NCBI GenBank assembly: GCA_965199715.1
Contig: OZ241322.1
Location: 544,001-608,000 of the forward strand
Direction: 5' to 3'
Length of the DNA: 64,000 nt
From: Vicinamibacteria bacterium
GTDB taxonomy: Bacteria; Acidobacteriota; Vicinamibacteria; Marinacidobacterales; Marinacidobacteraceae
Below, in pieces: positions 53,213 through 62,085 of this stretch. The notes under the pieces were generated by a model, which saw only the letters and a program-made list of their open reading frames with translations, ran no database searches and was not told the origin of the DNA. Every line of letters starts with the position of its first letter. Position 1 is the stretch's first letter. A program made the position numbers and the translations under genes.

Positions 53213-55439
53213 ACTTCACGACCAGCGCGCGGTCGGTGAGCCCGCTGAGCCCGTCGTCGCCGTCCCGGTTGCTGCTGAACACGACGAAGAGGTCGCTGCC
53301 CGGCGAGTACTCCCAGCGGAAGCGCACGTTCGCCGAGAAGAGCTCCGCCGCCGAGTTGTACTGGACCAGCGCGCCCACGAAGCTGCGCGGCGACACGGTG
53401 AACGTGCCCCGCAGCCGCGAGACCAGCGCGTCCACGTCTCCCTGGGGAGTCCGAATCCAATTGAAGCTCAGGTTCGGCTCGAGCGAGAAGCGCTCGTTGA
53501 CGTCGGTGCGCCCCCAATAGCTGGCCTCCCTCCGGGTTCCGCCGAAGAAGTCGCCCCACTCGTAGCGGGCGTATCCCGAGACCGGGCGGTGGCTTCCCAT
53601 CCACACGCGAAGACTGGTGCGGTGGAACCGGTAGTCCCCGGCGAGGACCGCCACGTCCTCGGAGAGGTCGAAGCCCTCGAGCAGCCGCTCCTCGGTCAGG
53701 CTGTGCGTGAACACGAGGCGATCGCTCGTCTCGAGCACGGCCCGGGCCTCGAGGTTGTACTCGCGGGTCTCGAGTTCGCCGTCGAGGCGGTCGTAGTTGT
53801 TCGCCTCCACCTTGAACTCGAACTGGCGGATCCGGTCGATCCCCCGAGGCCGCGGCGCCAACTGGAACGAACCCCCCGTCTTCGTGAAGTCCCGGCGCCG
53901 CGCGAACCCCATCTCCGGGTTGAAGTCCTCCCCCAGGTACATCCGCTCCGCCGTCACGTCGATCAGGTCCGTGTCGTAACGGAACTGACCCATGTAGCTC
54001 GCCGCCCGGTGCGACAGCTCGCGCTCCGTGTCCCGCGTCGCCATGTAGAACGCGTTCACGTTCACGTGCTCCGTCGGGTTGAACACCCCGTCCATCCCCA
54101 CCAGCGAGTTCGTCCCCGTCTCCGCCGCGTTCACGTTCCGGTGCGTCGCGATCAGCCCCACGCTCGAGCGCGCGAACACGTCCCGCTTCACCCGCACCGC
54201 GCTGTAGTTCGTCGCCGAGGCGTCCACCCCCGAAGCCTCCCCCGTCTGGATGTTCATCAGCCCCAACTGGTACGCGCCCACCCGACCGTGCACCCGCGCG
54301 CCCCCCGCGATCGGCACCGAGCGCCCGCCCGACAGCCCGATCGTCCGGCTGAAGAACGGGATCGGCGCGTCCGAAGGCCCCTGCCCCCCGAACGCCCGCG
54401 TCTGACGCCCCCCGAAGTCGAACACCCCCTGCCCCTCGAGGAAGAACTCCCGCTTCTCCGGGAAGAACAGGCTGAACCGCGACAGGTTCACCTGCGTCTC
54501 GTCGTCCTCCACCTGCGCGAAGTCCGTGTTCCACGTCAGGTCCGCCGTCAGCCCGTCCGTGATCCCGAACTTGAAGTCCGCCCCGAAGTCCCCCGACCAC
54601 TCGTTGTCCACCTCGTTCAGCGGCGCGTGGCTCTGCGACCCGATCGCGTACGGCTTGAACTCCATCCGGCGCGAACTCGGCGGGGCCTCCAGCCCCACCA
54701 GCGTCGCCGCGTTCGACAGCCGGATCAGCCCGTCGCGGTCGTAGGCTTGCGGCGTGGGGGTGAAGAACACCCGCTCGTTGCGGTGCTTGATGTTGCGCTG
54801 GAAATTGATCCCCCACGTCTGGGGGCCTCCGGCGGCGTAGCGCAGCGAACGGAACGGAATCCGGATCTCCAGCGTCCAGCCCCGCTCCGTGTCCCGGGTC
54901 TCGGACCACCAGACGGTGTTCCAGTCGCTGTTCGTGTTGCGCTCGTCGGTGACCTGCGCGTCGTACAGCGCCCCGAGCGGATTCGTGTGGAAGAGGAACC
55001 CGTTGCGTCCGTCGTGGAAGGTGTCGAGCACGAACTGGAAGCTGTCGTTCCAGCCGATCCGCATGTTGTCCCGGCGCATCTCGTTCGCGATCCGCCGCCC
55101 CCCGCCGGCCTCGTCCAGCTCGGCCGCGACGTAGAGGTTGTCCGCGTCGTAGAACACCCACACGCGGGTCTCCTCCGAAGCCGGCGCGCCCTCGTTCGGC
55201 TCCTGCTGAAGGAATCCCCCGGCGGCCGGGACCTCGTCGTACACCGGGTCGTCCAGCGCCCCGTCCACGTTCAGGGGCGCGGCGAGCCGGAACGCGCGCA
55301 GCGTGACGCTCCCGTCGGCTTCCCGGCTCACGGCCGCTTCCGGAAGCGCCCGGCCCGACGCGGCGGAAACGTCGCCGTCCTGGGCGCCGGCGTCGGTCAG
55401 GCCGGCGACCAGCGCGGCGGCCAGAAAGGCGCGGGACAT
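53190..55439 (-). CDS. DUF5916 / CBM9-like exported protein, tandem copy B
   Basis: [45 protein letters not shown]. Confidence 0.85.
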   Translation of the reverse strand: MSRAFLAAALVAGLTDAGAQDGDVSAASGRALPEAAVSREADGSVTLRAFRLAAPLNVDGALDDPVYDEVPAAGGFLQQEPNEGAPASEETRVWVFYDADNLYVAAELDEAGGGRRIANEMRRDNMRIGWNDSFQFVLDTFHDGRNGFLFHTNPLGALYDAQVTDERNTNSDWNTVWWSETRDTERGWTLEIRIPFRSLRYAAGGPQTWGINFQRNIKHRNERVFFTPTPQAYDRDGLIRLSNAATLVGLEAPPSSRRMEFKPYAIGSQSHAPLNEVDNEWSGDFGADFKFGITDGLTADLTWNTDFAQVEDDETQVNLSRFSLFFPEKREFFLEGQGVFDFGGRQTRAFGGQGPSDAPIPFFSRTIGLSGGRSVPIAGGARVHGRVGAYQLGLMNIQTGEASGVDASATNYSAVRVKRDVFARSSVGLIATHRNVNAAETGTNSLVGMDGVFNPTEHVNVNAFYMATRDTERELSHRAASYMGQFRYDTDLIDVTAERMYLGEDFNPEMGFARRRDFTKTGGSFQLAPRPRGIDRIRQFEFKVEANNYDRLDGELETREYNLEARAVLETSDRLVFTHSLTEERLLEGFDLSEDVAVLAGDYRFHRTSLRVWMGSHRPVSGYARYEWGDFFGGTRREASYWGRTDVNERFSLEPNLSFNWIRTPQGDVDALVSRLRGTFTVSPRSFVGALVQYNSAAELFSANVRFRWEYSPGSDLFVVFSSNRDGDDGLSGLTDRALVVKFTRLFRL
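53755..54731. repeat. ~977-bp skewed direct repeat, copy 1
   Basis: Matches 56036-57012 (offset 2281); one mismatch seen (54651 c vs 56932 a). Confidence 0.92.
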
Positions 55440-55470
55440 GGGCGTCCGCAGTCTAGCCCCGCAGCCCGCG

Positions 55471-57792
55471 TCAGAACCGGAACAGCCGGGTGAACTTGAC
55501 GACGAGCGTGCGGTCGGTCAGGCCGCTGAGCGCGTCGTCCCCGTCCCGGCTGCTGCTGAACACGACGAAGAGGTCGCTGCCGGGCGAGTACTCCCAGCGG
55601 AAGCGCACGTTCGCCGAGAAGAGCTCCGCCGCCGAGTTGTACTGGACCAGCGCGCCCACGAAGCTGCGCGGCGACACGGTGAACGTGGTGCGAAGGTAGG
55701 TCACCGTCGCCCTCACGTCGCCCGCCGGCACGGTGATCCAGTTGAGGCTGACGTTGGGCTCGAGGATGAGGCGGTTCCCGGCCGCGGCGCGCCCCATGTA
55801 GCTGACCTCGCGCCGGGTTCCGCCGAAGAAGTCGCCCCACTCGTAGCGCAGGAACCCCGACACCCGCCGGTGCGATCCCATCCGGAAGCGGACCCCGGTG
55901 CGGGCGAACCGGTAGTTCCCGGCGAGGACCGCCACGTCCTCGGAGAGGTCGAAGCCCTCTTGCAGCCGCTCCTCGGTGATCGTGTGGTCGAGGAAGATGC
56001 GGTCGCTGCTCTCGAAGATCGCGCGGGCGTCGAACTTGTACTCGCGGGTCTCGAGTTCGCCGTCGAGGCGGTCGTAGTTGTTCGCCTCCACCTTGAACTC
56101 GAACTGGCGGATCCGGTCGATCCCCCGAGGCCGCGGCGCCAACTGGAACGAACCCCCCGTCTTCGTGAAGTCCCGGCGCCGCGCGAACCCCATCTCCGGG
56201 TTGAAGTCCTCCCCCAGGTACATCCGCTCCGCCGTCACGTCGATCAGGTCCGTGTCGTAACGGAACTGACCCATGTAGCTCGCCGCCCGGTGCGACAGCT
56301 CGCGCTCCGTGTCCCGCGTCGCCATGTAGAACGCGTTCACGTTCACGTGCTCCGTCGGGTTGAACACCCCGTCCATCCCCACCAGCGAGTTCGTCCCCGT
56401 CTCCGCCGCGTTCACGTTCCGGTGCGTCGCGATCAGCCCCACGCTCGAGCGCGCGAACACGTCCCGCTTCACCCGCACCGCGCTGTAGTTCGTCGCCGAG
56501 GCGTCCACCCCCGAAGCCTCCCCCGTCTGGATGTTCATCAGCCCCAACTGGTACGCGCCCACCCGACCGTGCACCCGCGCGCCCCCCGCGATCGGCACCG
56601 AGCGCCCGCCCGACAGCCCGATCGTCCGGCTGAAGAACGGGATCGGCGCGTCCGAAGGCCCCTGCCCCCCGAACGCCCGCGTCTGACGCCCCCCGAAGTC
56701 GAACACCCCCTGCCCCTCGAGGAAGAACTCCCGCTTCTCCGGGAAGAACAGGCTGAACCGCGACAGGTTCACCTGCGTCTCGTCGTCCTCCACCTGCGCG
56801 AAGTCCGTGTTCCACGTCAGGTCCGCCGTCAGCCCGTCCGTGATCCCGAACTTGAAGTCCGCCCCGAAGTCCCCCGACCACTCGTTGTCCACCTCGTTCA
56901 GCGGCGCGTGGCTCTGCGACCCGATCGCGTAAGGCTTGAACTCCATCCGGCGCGAACTCGGCGGGGCCTCCAGCCCCACCAGCGTCGCCGCGTTCGACAG
57001 CCGGATCAGCCCATTGCGCCCGTAGGCCTGCGGAGTGGGGGTCAGGAAGGACTGCTCGTTGCGGTGCTTCAGCCGGCGGCGGAAATTGATCCCCCAGGTC
57101 TGGGCTCCTCCCGCCGGATAGCGGAGCGAACGGAACGGGATCCGCATCTCGACGGTCCAGCGGTCCTCGAGGCTGGACGCCTTCACCCGCCAGACGGTGT
57201 TCCAGTCGCTGTTCGTGTTGCGCTCGTCGGTGACCTGCGCGTCGTACAGCGCCCCGAGCGCGTTCGTGTGGAAGAGGAACCCGTTGCGTCCGTCGTGGAA
57301 CGTGTCGAGGATGACCGAGAAGCTGTCTCCCCAGTCGATGTTCCGCTGGTCGCGGCGCATCTCGTTGGCCATCCGGCGCTCGGGATAGTGGTCTTCGAGC
57401 TCCGCCGCCACGTACAGGCTGTCCGCGTCGTAGAAGACCCAGACCCGCGTCGCCTCCGAGGACGGCTCGCCCTCGTTCGGCTCCATCTGGGTGAATCCCT
57501 CGGCCGACGGCGCCTCGTCGTACACGGGATCGTCGAGCACGCCATCGACGGCGAGCGGTTCGGCGAGCCGGAACGCGCGCAGCGTGACGCTTCCGTCGGC
57601 CTCCCGGCTCACGGCCGCTTCCGGAAGCGGTCGGCTCGCGACCGAGGATGCGTCGCCGTCCTGCTGGTCGAGGGCGAGCCGACCGCCCTGCCCCGAGGCC
57701 GCCGGCGCGACGAGCGCGACGCCCAATGCGACCGCAGCGCCGCCTATTCGATGCCTGACCAATGAACCGCCCCGTATACCAAGCGCAAGCAT
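55471..57792 (-). CDS. DUF5916 / CBM9-like exported protein, tandem copy A; start uncertain
   Basis: Same motifs; colinear with copy B. Confidence 0.85.
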   Translation of the reverse strand: MLALGIRGGSLVRHRIGGAAVALGVALVAPAASGQGGRLALDQQDGDASSVASRPLPEAAVSREADGSVTLRAFRLAEPLAVDGVLDDPVYDEAPSAEGFTQMEPNEGEPSSEATRVWVFYDADSLYVAAELEDHYPERRMANEMRRDQRNIDWGDSFSVILDTFHDGRNGFLFHTNALGALYDAQVTDERNTNSDWNTVWRVKASSLEDRWTVEMRIPFRSLRYPAGGAQTWGINFRRRLKHRNEQSFLTPTPQAYGRNGLIRLSNAATLVGLEAPPSSRRMEFKPYAIGSQSHAPLNEVDNEWSGDFGADFKFGITDGLTADLTWNTDFAQVEDDETQVNLSRFSLFFPEKREFFLEGQGVFDFGGRQTRAFGGQGPSDAPIPFFSRTIGLSGGRSVPIAGGARVHGRVGAYQLGLMNIQTGEASGVDASATNYSAVRVKRDVFARSSVGLIATHRNVNAAETGTNSLVGMDGVFNPTEHVNVNAFYMATRDTERELSHRAASYMGQFRYDTDLIDVTAERMYLGEDFNPEMGFARRRDFTKTGGSFQLAPRPRGIDRIRQFEFKVEANNYDRLDGELETREYKFDARAIFESSDRIFLDHTITEERLQEGFDLSEDVAVLAGNYRFARTGVRFRMGSHRRVSGFLRYEWGDFFGGTRREVSYMGRAAAGNRLILEPNVSLNWITVPAGDVRATVTYLRTTFTVSPRSFVGALVQYNSAAELFSANVRFRWEYSPGSDLFVVFSSSRDGDDALSGLTDRTLVVKFTRLFRF
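56036..57012. repeat. ~977-bp skewed direct repeat, copy 2
   Basis: Matches 53755-54731; C-rich on + strand. Confidence 0.92.
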
Positions 57793-57845
57793 ACGCGAAA
57801 CGCCGGGCCGGAACCTCCGCGCCGCCGTTTCCGTTAGGGGTGGAC

Positions 57846-58928
57846 ATGAAGCGCACTCTGGTCATCCTGATCGCGGGCGCGGCCGTCGTCGGCAGCGCCG
57901 CGGTCGCCGCCAGCCTCCTCTCCGACTCCGAACCCACGGTCGCCGAGGCGGCCGCGGAGGAACCCGCCCCCACTCCGGTGAGCGTGGCCGCCGCCGGGGT
58001 CGGTCCGGTCGCCGTGCGCCTCGCGACCACTTCCGCGATCGAGGCGGAGCGCACCGCGCAGGTGCTTTCCGAGACCTCCGGCGTGGTCACCGGGATCCTC
58101 GTCGGCGAAGGCCAGCGGGTCGCCGAGGGGGCCGTCCTCGCCCACGTGGACGCGCGGGACCGCCGCCTCTCCTTCGAGCAGGCCGAGCTGCGGCTCTCGC
58201 GGGCGGAAGCCGAGCTCTCGCGCCAGCGGCGCGCTTTCGAGCAGGATCTGGTCGCCGAGTACGAATACGAGAAGGCCCGCTTCGACCGCGATCTCGCCGC
58301 CTCCGAACGGGAGACCGCCCGGCTGGAGCTCGAGCGGACCGAGATCCGGGCGCCCTTCGCCGGGACGATCACCGAGCTTGCGGTCGTGGCCGGAGCGCGG
58401 CTCGAGCCGGCGCAGCACCTGCTCACGCTCGCCGACTTCGACACCCTGATCGCGCGCCTCTACATCCCCGAGCGCGACGTCGCAGGCCTCGTGCCCGGCC
58501 AGCGCGCCCGGATCCACCCCGAATCCGATCCTCGGGGCGCGGGGCGCGACGGCGCGGTGCGCGAGATCGGCCCGGTCGTGGACCGCTCCACCGGGACCGT
58601 CAAGGTGACCGTGGCCATTCCGCACGGCGGCGGGGGCGCGGTGCGGCCCGGCTCGTTCGCCCGGGTGGTCATCGAGACCGGCGTGCGCGAGAACGCGGTG
58701 CTGACCCCGAAGCGGGCGGTGATGCGCGGCAACGGCCAGAGCCACGTGTTCGTGGTCGAGAACGGCCGCGCGGTCCGGCGCGACGTCACGCTCGGCGCGG
58801 AGATCGAGGGCCCCTCGGGCGCGCTGCTGGAAGTCGCCGGGGGACTCGCCGAGGGCGAGCAGGTCGTCGTCGCCGGACAGGGATCGCTCGCGCCCGGCGC
58901 GGCGGTCGAAGTCCTGAACGGCCTCTGA
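57846..58928 (+). CDS. RND efflux periplasmic adaptor
   Basis: IRAPFAGTI, VDRSTGTVKV, RPGSFARV, GLAEGEQVV. Confidence 0.9.
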   Translation: MKRTLVILIAGAAVVGSAAVAASLLSDSEPTVAEAAAEEPAPTPVSVAAAGVGPVAVRLATTSAIEAERTAQVLSETSGVVTGILVGEGQRVAEGAVLAHVDARDRRLSFEQAELRLSRAEAELSRQRRAFEQDLVAEYEYEKARFDRDLAASERETARLELERTEIRAPFAGTITELAVVAGARLEPAQHLLTLADFDTLIARLYIPERDVAGLVPGQRARIHPESDPRGAGRDGAVREIGPVVDRSTGTVKVTVAIPHGGGGAVRPGSFARVVIETGVRENAVLTPKRAVMRGNGQSHVFVVENGRAVRRDVTLGAEIEGPSGALLEVAGGLAEGEQVVVAGQGSLAPGAAVEVLNGL

Positions 58929-58953
58929 TCGCGCTCCGCCCGCAGGAGCCGCC

Positions 58954-61900
58954 ATGAAGTCCCTGATCGCCGCCTGCATCCGGCGGCCGGTGAGCGTGAC
59001 CATGTTCACGGTCGCCGCCTGCGTGTTCGGGCTTGTCGCCCTCGGGCGGCTGCCGGTCACCCTGCTTCCGGAGATCTCGTACCCGACGCTCACCGTGGAG
59101 ACCCGGATGCCGGGCGCCGCTCCGATCGAGGTGGAGACGCTCGTGACCCGGCCGATCGAGGAGGCCGCCTCGGTCGTTCCGGGCCTCAGCCGGATCACCT
59201 CGCGCTCCCGCGCCGGAGCCTCGGAGGTGACCCTCGAGTTCGTCTGGGAGACCGAGATGAACTTCGCCGCGCTGGACGTGCGGGAGAAGATCGACGGGGT
59301 CCAGCTTCCCGAGGACGCCGAGCGGCCGCGCCTCTTGCGGTTCGATCCGTCTTCCGACGCGATCTTCCGCCTCGGCGTCTCGGGCGAGACGCCGCTCGCC
59401 CAGCTCCGCGAGTGGACCGAAGAGGACCTGAAGAAGGACCTGGACGCCGTGGCCGGGGTCGCCGCGATCTGGATCGAGGGCGGGCTCACCCGCGAGATCC
59501 AAGTGGACGTGGACGACGGCCGACTCGCCGCCTACGGCGTCACCGTGGCCGAGATCTCGGACGCGATCGGGGCGGCGAACGTGAACCTGGCCGGCGGCAG
59601 CGTCCATGAGGACGAGGCCCGCTACCTCGTGCGCACGCTGAACGAGCTGGACACGCTCGACCGCATCCGCGCGGTGATCGTCAAGGACGCGGCGGACCGG
59701 CGCGTGCGCCTCGAGGACGTCGCGGAGGTTCGATCGGGCTTCCGGGATCAGGAGGTCATCCTCCGGGAGAACGGCGCGGAGGGCGTCGAGGTCCGCATCT
59801 TCCGCGAGGGCGACGCGAACGCCGTCCAGGTCGCCGAGGGGATCCGGGCGCGGCTCGCCGAGATCGGGGACGCGGTTCCCGCCGGCGTGACCCTCACGAC
59901 GCTGTTCGACCAGTCCGAATTCATCGAGGGCGCGATTTCGGAAGTGATCCGCAACGCGCTCGAGGGCGGATTGCTCGCGATCCTCGTGATCGCGCTCTTC
60001 CTGCGCGACCGGGGGGCGACCTCGGTCGTGGCGCTCGCGATTCCGGTTTCGGTCGTGGCCACCTTCTTCGTGATGCAGCAGATGGGACTGTCGCTGAACA
60101 TCATGTCGCTCGGCGGGCTGGCGCTCGGGGTCGGCATGCTGCTCGATGACTCGATCGTGGTGCTCGAGGCGATCCACCGCCGCCGGACCGGAGGCGAGAC
60201 CGCGCCGGTCGCCGCGGCTAGCGGGACCGTGGAGGTCGCCGGCCCGGTCATCGCATCCACGCTCACCACGGTCGCCGTGTTCCTGCCGATCGTGTTCGTC
60301 GAGGGCGTGGCCGGGCAGCTCTTCCGCGACCAGGCGCTCACCGTCTCGATCTCGATCCTCGCCTCGCTCGCGTTCTCGCTGGCGCTCATCCCGGTGCTGG
60401 CGTCGCGCGGCGGCGAACCGGCTTCCGGCGGCGGCGTCCCCGGCCTCGGAGCGCGGACGCTCCGGTCCGGGCGCGCCGGCCTCGGCGCGGCGGGCCGAGC
60501 CTTGATGTGGCCGTTTCGACCGGCGCTCAAGGGATTCACGGCGGCCGAGAACGCGCTCGCCCGCGCCTATCCGGTCGCGCTGCGGGCCTCGCTGCGTCAT
60601 CCGGTCGCGGTGTTCCTGTTCGCGGGCGGTCTCCTTGCTGGCTCGCTCGCCGCCGGTCGGGACGCCATCGGCGTGGAGCTCATCCCCGCGCTCTCGCAGG
60701 GCGAGTTCCATTTCGACCTGCACCTGCCCGAGGGCTCCGCCGTGGACGCGACCGACGCAGTCGCCGAGGAGGCGGCCGCCGCACTACGAGCCGATCCCTC
60801 GGTGCTGCGGGTGACGACCGAGGCCGGGGTCGGCGGATCCGTCGGATTCGCGGGGAGCGCCGGCCGCGCCGAGCACCGGGGCCGCGTGGGAGTCGTCATG
60901 GCCGACCGCGGCGACGAGGACGCCGAGGCCGCGGCCATCGAGGCGCTGCGCGCCGAGCTGGCCAGCCGGCCGGGGCTGCGGTACGAGTTCGGCCGCCCGT
61001 CCTACTTCAGCTTCCGGCAGCCGGTCGAGGTGGAGGTCTATTCGGAGGACCGCGAGCTGCTGGCTCCGAGCGCGCGGCGCATCCGCGACGCCGTGGCGAC
61101 GGTCCCCGGGCTCGCCGACGTGCGCTCCACGACCGACGCGGGCAACCCGGAGATCCGGGTCCGTTTCGAGGCCGACCGGCTGGCGCGGCTCGGCCTTTCG
61201 GTGGACCAAGCCTCGGAGGCCCTGCGCTCCCGGCTGCGCGGGCAAGTGGCCACGCGGCTCGACGAGGGCGACCGGTGGGTGGACGTCGTCGTCCGGGGCG
61301 ACGACTCGGTGCGGACCCGCACCGCCGCCGTCTCCGAGATGATCGTCCACGCGGCGGATTCCCGGACGGTGCCGCTGCGCGCGCTCGGCGCGGCCGAAGT
61401 GAGCGAGGGGCCGGCGGAGCTGCGGCGGGTGGCGCAGCGTCCGGCCGTCGTGATCTCCGGCAGCCTCGACGGCGCCGACCTCGCCGGCGCCACCGCGGCG
61501 ATTTCGGATCGGGTCGCCGGGCTCGGGCTGCCGGCGGGGGTGGAGACCCGGTTCGGCGGCCAGCGCGAGGAGATGGAGCGGTCGTTCCGGAGCCTCGCCC
61601 TAGCCATCGGGCTGGCGATCTTCCTCGTGTACTTCGTGATGGCGAGCCAGTTCGAGTCGCTGCTCCATCCCTTCCTGATCCTCTTCACGATCCCGCTGGG
61701 CGCCATCGGAGTGATCTGGGCGCTCATCCTCTCCGGCTCCACGCTGAGCGTCATCGTGCTCATCGGAGTCGTGATGCTCGCGGGGATCGTGGTGAAGAAC
61801 GCGATCGTGCTGGTGGACTGCGTGAACCGCCTCCGCCGGGCCGGCATGGAACGGACCGAGGCCATCGTCTCCGCCAGCCGGATCCGCCTGCGGCCGATCC

Positions 61901-62085
61901 TGATGACGACGCTCACCACGATCCTCGGGCTTACCCCGATGGCGCTCGGGATCGGCGAGGGCGCCGAGGTCCGGGGCCCGATGGCGATCACCGTGATCGG
62001 AGGGCTTCTGGTCTCGACCGCGCTCACGCTGGTCGTGATCCCGACCGCCTACTCGGTCTTCGACCGAAAGCGATTCGCCGCATGA
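58954..62085 (+). CDS. RND efflux permease (AcrB/MdtB family)
   Basis: RRPVSV, GMLLDDSIVVLE, GIVVKNAIVLVD, RLRPILMT. Confidence 0.95.
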   Translation: MKSLIAACIRRPVSVTMFTVAACVFGLVALGRLPVTLLPEISYPTLTVETRMPGAAPIEVETLVTRPIEEAASVVPGLSRITSRSRAGASEVTLEFVWETEMNFAALDVREKIDGVQLPEDAERPRLLRFDPSSDAIFRLGVSGETPLAQLREWTEEDLKKDLDAVAGVAAIWIEGGLTREIQVDVDDGRLAAYGVTVAEISDAIGAANVNLAGGSVHEDEARYLVRTLNELDTLDRIRAVIVKDAADRRVRLEDVAEVRSGFRDQEVILRENGAEGVEVRIFREGDANAVQVAEGIRARLAEIGDAVPAGVTLTTLFDQSEFIEGAISEVIRNALEGGLLAILVIALFLRDRGATSVVALAIPVSVVATFFVMQQMGLSLNIMSLGGLALGVGMLLDDSIVVLEAIHRRRTGGETAPVAAASGTVEVAGPVIASTLTTVAVFLPIVFVEGVAGQLFRDQALTVSISILASLAFSLALIPVLASRGGEPASGGGVPGLGARTLRSGRAGLGAAGRALMWPFRPALKGFTAAENALARAYPVALRASLRHPVAVFLFAGGLLAGSLAAGRDAIGVELIPALSQGEFHFDLHLPEGSAVDATDAVAEEAAAALRADPSVLRVTTEAGVGGSVGFAGSAGRAEHRGRVGVVMADRGDEDAEAAAIEALRAELASRPGLRYEFGRPSYFSFRQPVEVEVYSEDRELLAPSARRIRDAVATVPGLADVRSTTDAGNPEIRVRFEADRLARLGLSVDQASEALRSRLRGQVATRLDEGDRWVDVVVRGDDSVRTRTAAVSEMIVHAADSRTVPLRALGAAEVSEGPAELRRVAQRPAVVISGSLDGADLAGATAAISDRVAGLGLPAGVETRFGGQREEMERSFRSLALAIGLAIFLVYFVMASQFESLLHPFLILFTIPLGAIGVIWALILSGSTLSVIVLIGVVMLAGIVVKNAIVLVDCVNRLRRAGMERTEAIVSASRIRLRPILMTTLTTILGLTPMALGIGEGAEVRGPMAITVIGGLLVSTALTLVVIPTAYSVFDRKRFAA

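Noticed and set aside
53190-57792. Diversity-generating retroelement (TR/VR pair)
   Set aside because: No reverse transcriptase in the window, the repeat is ~1 kb, and differences are not adenine-specific
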